NCBI GenBank assembly: GCA_040882355.1
Contig: JBBEBM010000013.1
Location: forward strand, 1-41,118
Source of the DNA: Dehalococcoidia bacterium
GTDB taxonomy: Bacteria > Chloroflexota > Dehalococcoidia > DSTF01 > RBG-16-68-14
Length of the DNA stretch: 41,118 nucleotides
Direction of reading: 5' to 3'
The translations under genes were made by a program, and so were the position numbers. The notes below the pieces were generated by a model. That model did not search any database and was not told where the DNA came from. It saw nothing but the letters and a program-made list of their open reading frames with translations. This document shows, piece after piece, positions 35,508-41,118 of this stretch; the first letter of the stretch is position 1, and each line of letters opens with the position of its first letter.

Positions 35508-37391
35508 ATGAACGCCTGGCGCCTCCCGTCTCGCAGAGGTCTTTGTCTCACGCTGGTCATTCTCGGTGCGTCCGTGCCGCTTGCACTCGCCGCGCTACTC
35601 ATCACCTCCTTGAGCGTGCCCGCAGGCTACGCCAACCCACCAACGAACGGCGCCATGGCGGTGGATTGCGATGCGAGCACGTCCGGTGTTCAGACCGTCT
35701 GCACCTACTACGAAGGATTCCCAATTCGTATTCAGATCCACGTGACGCAGGCACCGCCCGCGGGGTACTTCGCCTTTCAGGCAAAGCTGCGCTGGACAGA
35801 TGCCGTCGTGCACTATGAGGCTGCCCAGATTCCCTGGGACGAGGCGATCTGGCCAAACTGCGGTATCCCCGCTCGTATCGATAACCGAATAGCCGGCGAA
35901 CCGTCTCTGCTATTTGGCTGTGTGCCATTCCCACCGCTGCTAGCTGGCAGCACATTCACGGGCGCGGTGGCGGAGTTCGAAATGTCCTGCAAGCCGCCCT
36001 CGACACCCGACGTTCCAGCCCAGACGGCCCTGACACTAGTGGCGCGAGCTGGCGATGCCCAGCTAGGCACCCACTTCCTCGACCACGTGCTGAACCCCGT
36101 CGATCCCGCCGTCGCGCCAGCCACGATTCTCTGTGCACCCATACCCACCGCGGGCGACAGCCTTACCGGGCCCTGGACGATTCACACAGACGAACCTTCC
36201 ATGACCTGTCCGGCGGTGATCGCTCAATTGGGCACCAGCCTGTCCGGCTCGCTCCATTGTGAGAACTTTGTTGACGGCAGCCTTAGCGGGATCATCGACC
36301 CGCAAACCGGCAGCTTCATATTGTTAGGCGAGTTCTTCCTGGGCACATCGGTCCTTTCCGGAAGCCTTGGTTCGGATGGACTGACGCTGACCGGAACCTG
36401 GGACTTAGGTATTGGAATCGTCAGCACGTTTAGCGCGGTCCGCAGCGGGGCGCCGCCTCCAGACGGGCTCATGGCACTGGACTGCGATACCGCGACATCC
36501 GGCGTCCAAACTGCCTGCACATACGAAGGAGGCGAGGCTTTCAATGTGGACGTGTACATTGAGGAGCCGCCGAGTACTGGCTATGCAGGGTTCCAAGCAA
36601 AGCTACGATGGCCCGACAGTGCCCTTGGCTTTCCTCCACCGATGGATCCGAGCCAGGAAGTGCTCTGGCCAGACTGTGGCCTGTCGGGCCAGAGCACCGT
36701 CGACCTTCCCGGATCGGCGGTGACGCGCGGCTGCTTGCCTTCTCCGCTCCCGTCTAGTCCATTCACGAAGACAGGTGCCATGCTGCGTTTTCGCCTACAG
36801 TGCCTAACCCATGCACAGGCCACGACACCCAACGAACTTGCCTTCATGGCCAGCACCGCTGGTGATCCGGTCTCATGGCCCGCGGACGTCCACCTAACCC
36901 GCCGGCCTGGTGACGCGCAGCAGGGTACTCACTTCCTCGATATAAACCTCGGAGCGCATGACCCCGAACTTCGCCGAGCGACAGTGACCTGCACGCGCGA
37001 CTTAGATAGGGACGGCTGCATGACGGAGCAAGAAGAAGGAGCAGATCCGCCGGCGGGTGGTGAAAGAGACCCGCATAACTTCTGGGACTTCTTCGACACG
37101 CCGGACGGATCCAACATGCGAGACGCAGCCGTCACTGCAGCCGACATTGCTCGGGTGGTGCAGCGCTTCGGCGCGTTTGACATCGGCCTCGGCGCATTCG
37201 ACCGCTTCAGCGATCCGCTCTCGGCGCCGGACGCGCCGGTCACGCCCGCCGGCGACCGCGCCAACTACCACCCTGCGTTCGACCGCAGCTCGGCGCCGCC
37301 AGCGCTTTCCGGCCCGGCGGACGGCGTCATCGCCACCGGCGACATCGCGTTGATGGTCGCCCAGTTCGGGCATTCCTGCGCCGGCGGATAA
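35508..37391 (+). CDS. Secreted protein: two Cys-rich domains, a central beta-rich domain and conserved FWDFFD...FGHSCAGG tail
   Basis: Signal peptide. Repeats NGAMAVDCD..FQAKLRW..GDAQLGTHFLD and DGLMALDCD..FQAKLRW..GDAQQGTHFLD. Shared tail. The start is ATG 35508 or GTG 35478. Confidence 0.85.
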   Translation: MNAWRLPSRRGLCLTLVILGASVPLALAALLITSLSVPAGYANPPTNGAMAVDCDASTSGVQTVCTYYEGFPIRIQIHVTQAPPAGYFAFQAKLRWTDAVVHYEAAQIPWDEAIWPNCGIPARIDNRIAGEPSLLFGCVPFPPLLAGSTFTGAVAEFEMSCKPPSTPDVPAQTALTLVARAGDAQLGTHFLDHVLNPVDPAVAPATILCAPIPTAGDSLTGPWTIHTDEPSMTCPAVIAQLGTSLSGSLHCENFVDGSLSGIIDPQTGSFILLGEFFLGTSVLSGSLGSDGLTLTGTWDLGIGIVSTFSAVRSGAPPPDGLMALDCDTATSGVQTACTYEGGEAFNVDVYIEEPPSTGYAGFQAKLRWPDSALGFPPPMDPSQEVLWPDCGLSGQSTVDLPGSAVTRGCLPSPLPSSPFTKTGAMLRFRLQCLTHAQATTPNELAFMASTAGDPVSWPADVHLTRRPGDAQQGTHFLDINLGAHDPELRRATVTCTRDLDRDGCMTEQEEGADPPAGGERDPHNFWDFFDTPDGSNMRDAAVTAADIARVVQRFGAFDIGLGAFDRFSDPLSAPDAPVTPAGDRANYHPAFDRSSAPPALSGPADGVIATGDIALMVAQFGHSCAGG

Positions 37392-37394
37392 GCA

Positions 37395-37422
37395 ACAGGC
37401 CCTCGATCGATCGAGGGCCTGT
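37395..37422. terminator. Perfect 28-bp palindrome between convergent genes (likely bidirectional terminator)
   Basis: ACAGGCCCTCGATCGATCGAGGGCCTGT is its own reverse complement. Confidence 0.65.
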
Positions 37423-37445
37423 CGTTCGTCTCTCGGATTGCAGAA

Positions 37446-38684
37446 CTACGTCGTGAAGACGTGGATCGCCATGGCGGCGGCTTCGCCGCGCACCATGCCG
37501 CCGCCGTTCTGGGTGAGGCCGACCTTCGCCCCCTGCACCTGGCGCTCGCCCGCCTCGCCGCGGAGCTGCCAGAAGACTTCGCAGATCTGGGCGACGCCTG
37601 TCGCGCCGACGGGGTGGCCCTTCGACAACAGGCCGCCCGAGGTGTTGACGGGCATCCGTCCGCCGATCTCGGTCACGCCCTCATCGATGAGCCGCCCGCC
37701 TTCGCCCTCCGCGCAGAGGCCCAGCTCTTCGTAGCCGAGGATCTCGGCCGGGGCCGAGGCGTCGTGCAGCTCGACGACGTCGAGGTCGCGCGGCGTCACG
37801 CCCGCCTGCTCGTAGGCGCGCTGGGCGGTGCGTTCGACGATGTCCGGGTCGCCGGGCTGCAGGTCCATGCCCGACCCGATCATCGACGCGCGCACGAAGA
37901 TCGGCTTCGTCGTCAGCTCGCGCGCCTTCTCCTCGGAGCAGATGATGACGGCGGCGGCGCCATCGCCAATCGGCGAGCACATGAGGCGGGTCAGCGGGAA
38001 CGCGACTTCCGGCGAGGCGAGGATCTCCTCGACGTTGTAGCGCTCGCGGTACTGGGCGTGCGGATTGAGGCTGCCGTTGTTGTGGTTCTTCACGGCCACC
38101 TTTGCGAACTGGATCTGTGTCGTGCCGTGCTTCTCCATGTGGCGTCGCGCGGCGGCGGCGTAGAAGTCCATGAACATGCTGCGCGATTGGCCGGCGCCTG
38201 CGCCCTCGGCCTTCGAGGCGCCATCGATCTTCGTCTTCTGCTCCGCGGCCTTCATGCTGGCCACGATCTGCTGCATCTGCTCGACGTCGACTGCCGAACC
38301 GATGGCGGCGAAGGAGCGGCGCTTGTCTTCGTGGTAGAGCTTTTCGACGCCCAGCGCGAGCACCGTGTCGTACATGCCGGACGCGACGTAGAGCCAGCCG
38401 AGGTGAAACGCCGTGGCGGAGCTGGCGCAGGCGTTCTCCGTGTTGATGATCGGGATGTCCTGAATGCCCATCTCGCGCAGGACGACCTGCCCGCGCACGC
38501 ACTCCTGGCCGGTGATGAGGCCGGCCATCGCGTTGCCGACGACCGCCGCCTCCAGCGCCGTCTTCTCGATGCCGGCGGCCTTAAGCGCCCCTTCGACGGC
38601 CTCGCGGCCGATGTCCTTCATGCTCGTGTCGAGGTACTTCCCAAAGCGGGTCATGCCCGCTCCAACGACGGCTACTCGGCGCAT
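37446..38684 (-). CDS. Thiolase family protein (SCP2/lipid-transfer type)
   Basis: VVGAGMTRFGK, ENACAS, KNHNNGSLNPHAQ, CSPIGDGAAA, VELHDA, NTSGGLLSKGHPVGATG. ATG 38684 follows GGAGGAG. Confidence 0.92.
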   Translation of the reverse strand: MRRVAVVGAGMTRFGKYLDTSMKDIGREAVEGALKAAGIEKTALEAAVVGNAMAGLITGQECVRGQVVLREMGIQDIPIINTENACASSATAFHLGWLYVASGMYDTVLALGVEKLYHEDKRRSFAAIGSAVDVEQMQQIVASMKAAEQKTKIDGASKAEGAGAGQSRSMFMDFYAAAARRHMEKHGTTQIQFAKVAVKNHNNGSLNPHAQYRERYNVEEILASPEVAFPLTRLMCSPIGDGAAAVIICSEEKARELTTKPIFVRASMIGSGMDLQPGDPDIVERTAQRAYEQAGVTPRDLDVVELHDASAPAEILGYEELGLCAEGEGGRLIDEGVTEIGGRMPVNTSGGLLSKGHPVGATGVAQICEVFWQLRGEAGERQVQGAKVGLTQNGGGMVRGEAAAMAIHVFTT

Positions 38685-38879
38685 GGGTCTCCTCCGTTTC
38701 TGCTTCGCTGCCCTGGAATCTGCAGGGCGCCCCCAGCATACCGCCGGAGCGTCTGGGCCGACAAGGGTTGGAGGCTGGAAGGAGGCGGTGCACTCGAATT
38801 GCGAAGGGGTGCGCATCGACGCTATCATCAGACTCGCTATACTTGAGCATGCCGGGCGATCTTGCCCGCGAGGAGGTCT

Positions 38880-38975
38880 ATGGGTTCAGTCATCAAGAAG
38901 CGGCGCAAGAAGATGAGCAAGCACAAGTACCGCAAGATGCTCAAGAAGACGCGCTGGCAACGTCGACACAAGTAA
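38880..38975 (+). CDS. Small basic ribosomal protein bS22-like (AURKAIP1/COX24 domain)
   Basis: Manual translation gives MGSVIKKRRKKMSKHKYRKMLKKTRWQRRHK*. Strong RBS AGGAGGT; TATACT upstream at ~38838. Confidence 0.9.
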   Translation: MGSVIKKRRKKMSKHKYRKMLKKTRWQRRHK

Positions 38976-39008
38976 GCGTTCCCCCCGCCTACGCAACTCG
39001 AGCCACGC

Positions 39009-40199
39009 ATGGACTTTCGCGATTCGCCTGCAGAGGCACGTTTCCGCGCTGAGGTGCGCTCGTTCGTCGAGAAGGAGCTGCCGCCGGAGCTGCGCCGCCC
39101 GCACGCCATCTCCAGCAGCTTCGAGGGCGGCCGCTGGGGCCACCCGTCGGCGAAGGCCTGGCGCGCCCGCCTCGCCGAGCGTCGCTGGACGGCGCCCGCG
39201 TGGCCGGCGGAGTACGGCGGCGCCGGCATGACCGTCATCGAGCAGTTCGTCTTCAACGAGGAGATGGCGAAGGCGCGCGCGCCCCGGACCGGCGGCGGCA
39301 TCGCCGTCGGCATGGCCGGCCCGACGATCATGACGCACGGCACGGACGAGCAGAAGGCGCGCTTCCTGCCGCCGATCCTGTCGGGCGAGCACATCTGGTG
39401 CCAGGGCTTCTCCGAACCCGAGGCCGGCTCCGACCTCGCGAACCTCTCGACACGCGCGGTGCGCGACGGCGACGACTACGTGATCAACGGTCAGAAGATC
39501 TGGACGTCGCTCGCGCAACATGCGCACTGGATGAACATCCTCGCGCGCACCGACCCGGACGCGCCCAAGCACAAGGGGATCAGCTACTTCCTCGTCGATA
39601 TGGCGTCGCCGGGGATCACGGTCCGGCCCCTGGTGAACATCGCCGGCCAGGCCGACTTCAACGAGGTCTTCTTCGACAACGTCCGCGTGCCCAAGGAGAA
39701 CCTGCTGGGTGAAGAGAACCGCGGCTGGTACCTGGCGACGACGACGCTCGATTTCGAGCGGTCGAACATCGCGACGACGACGAACCTGGTGCTGATGGTG
39801 AGCGACCTCGCGAACTGGGCGTCCGAGCACGCAAGCGACCCGCAGTTCTCGCTCGCGCGCCGGCGTTCGCTTCGCTACGAGATCGCCGACCGCGCGGTCG
39901 AGGCGGAGATCGCGCGGCTGATGTCGTATCGGGTGATCACGATGCAGACCGCGGGCCAGATCCCGAACAAGGAGTCGTCGATCGCGAAGCTCTACTCGTC
40001 GGAGCTGGAGCAGCGCGTCGCCTCGACGGCGCTGAAGGCGCTCGGACTGCACGGCCAGCTCATGGACGGCCAGGCGCCGCTCGACGGCAAGGTCTCGCGC
40101 ATGTACCTGTACAGCGTCGCGCTCACCATCGGCGGCGGCACGTCTGAGATCCAGCGGAACATCATCGCCATGCGCGGGCTGGGAATGCCCCGCGCATAA
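39009..40199 (+). CDS. Acyl-CoA dehydrogenase family protein
   Basis: WPAEYGG, WCQGFSEPEAGSDLA, INGQKIWTS, FNEVFFDNVRVP, TIGGGTSEIQRNII. Confidence 0.93.
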   Translation: MDFRDSPAEARFRAEVRSFVEKELPPELRRPHAISSSFEGGRWGHPSAKAWRARLAERRWTAPAWPAEYGGAGMTVIEQFVFNEEMAKARAPRTGGGIAVGMAGPTIMTHGTDEQKARFLPPILSGEHIWCQGFSEPEAGSDLANLSTRAVRDGDDYVINGQKIWTSLAQHAHWMNILARTDPDAPKHKGISYFLVDMASPGITVRPLVNIAGQADFNEVFFDNVRVPKENLLGEENRGWYLATTTLDFERSNIATTTNLVLMVSDLANWASEHASDPQFSLARRRSLRYEIADRAVEAEIARLMSYRVITMQTAGQIPNKESSIAKLYSSELEQRVASTALKALGLHGQLMDGQAPLDGKVSRMYLYSVALTIGGGTSEIQRNIIAMRGLGMPRA

Positions 40200-40214
40200 G
40201 GCGGGAGGAACGCA

Positions 40215-40685
40215 ATGCTCAAGGAAGGCACGACAGCACCAGACATCGATGCGGAGCTCGACGACGGCGAGCGCTTTCGCCTGAGTGAGCAGAAGGGCGC
40301 GAAGAACGTCGTCCTCTACTTCTACCCGAAGGACTTCACGCCCGGCTGCACGCGCGAGGCCTGCGCGTTCCGTGACAACTACTCGGACATCGAGCAGTAC
40401 GGCGCGATCATCGTCGGCGTGAGCACCGACTCCGCCGAGTCGCACAAGGCGTTCCGTGAGCGCAACGGCCTGCCCTTCCCGCTCATCCCCGACCCCGAGA
40501 AGCGCATCGTGAAGTCGTACGACGCCGACGGCCTGTTCGGCATCACGACCGCGCGCGTCACCTACGTCATCGACAAGCAAGGCGTGATCCGGGCGGCGCT
40601 CCGCCACGACTTCGCCGTCAGCCGCCACCTGCCGGAGGTGCTCGACGCGCTGAAGTCGATCGAGCCCGCCGGATCGAAGAAGTGA
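40215..40685 (+). CDS. bcp: Peroxiredoxin, BCP/PrxQ subfamily
   Basis: VVLYFYPKDFTPGCTREACAFRD, GVSTD, RVTYVID. Confidence 0.9.
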   Translation: MLKEGTTAPDIDAELDDGERFRLSEQKGAKNVVLYFYPKDFTPGCTREACAFRDNYSDIEQYGAIIVGVSTDSAESHKAFRERNGLPFPLIPDPEKRIVKSYDADGLFGITTARVTYVIDKQGVIRAALRHDFAVSRHLPEVLDALKSIEPAGSKK

Positions 40686-40692
40686 GGAGCCC

Positions 40693-41118
40693 ATGCCCGC
40701 CCTGCTCTACGAAAAGCGCGACGGCGTCGCCTACGTTACCTTCAACCGGCCCGAGGTGCACAACGCCTGGAACCCGGAGGCGATGGCGCGCTTGGCCGAT
40801 TCGATGAAGGACTTCGGCGAGGACGATGAGATGCGCGTCATGATCGTCACCGGCGCGGGCGACAAGGCGTTCAGCGTCGGCGCCGACCTCGGCACGTTCA
40901 TCCCGGTGATCACCGGCGCCCGTCAGCCCGAGGACGAATGGGACCAGCGCGTGATCGAAGACCGCACGCTGACGAAGTTCGCGCTGGTGCGCGGCTTTCG
41001 GATGTACAAGCCGATCATCGCCGCGATCAACGGCTTCTGCCTGGCGGGCGGCATGGAGTTCGTGCAGGCGACGGACATCCGCATCGCGGCGGAGCACGCG
41101 TCGTTCGGGCTGAGCGAG
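40693..41118 (+). CDS. Enoyl-CoA hydratase/isomerase (crotonase) family, truncated by the window end
   Basis: Manual translation gives VAYVTFNRPEVHNA, VTGAGDKAFSVGADL, KPIIAAINGFCLAGGME and DIRIAAEHASFGLSE. RBS GAGGAG. Confidence 0.9.
   Translation, partial: MPALLYEKRDGVAYVTFNRPEVHNAWNPEAMARLADSMKDFGEDDEMRVMIVTGAGDKAFSVGADLGTFIPVITGARQPEDEWDQRVIEDRTLTKFALVRGFRMYKPIIAAINGFCLAGGMEFVQATDIRIAAEHASFGLSE

Overview
High-GC bacterial chromosomal window, probably from a Chloroflexota/Dehalococcoidia-type organism. That assignment is an inference from gene content: repeated FWDFFD...FGH(S/T)CA-tailed secreted proteins, an F420-type LLM oxidoreductase, a bS22-like protein and many leaderless-looking genes. 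Housekeeping and metabolic genes are a truncated deoxyhypusine-synthase-like gene, a speD-like gene, PSP1/ricT, holB, lysA, coaE, two cyclophilins, thiI, a phosphotransferase, a NUDIX hydrolase, a thiolase, an acyl-CoA dehydrogenase, bcp and a truncated enoyl-CoA hydratase. Accessory material is interleaved with them. Highlights: (1) four secreted proteins with different N-terminal payloads share a ~120-aa C-terminal module carrying two dockerin-like repeats, and two of them also carry three copies of a Cys-rich, possibly cohesin-like domain, suggesting a candidate modular surface-assembly system; (2) a c-di-AMP (ydaO) riboswitch and hairpin precede a fused trehalose-6-P synthase/phosphatase, and this cassette is flanked by a ~320-bp duplication of the transketolase 3' end; (3) soxR is divergent from a split transketolase through a textbook SoxR-box promoter with a 19-bp spacer; (4) a CbbQ/NorQ ATPase and a very large NorD/CbbO-like VWA protein have no visible client, and the VWA gene carries two palindromic repeats inserted in frame; (5) a 31-aa bS22-like ribosomal protein gene is missed by the ORF track; (6) several families of short intergenic repeats occur. 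Two apparent single-base frameshifts could be sequencing errors. I recognised no rRNA, tRNA, CRISPR array, transposase or integrase.
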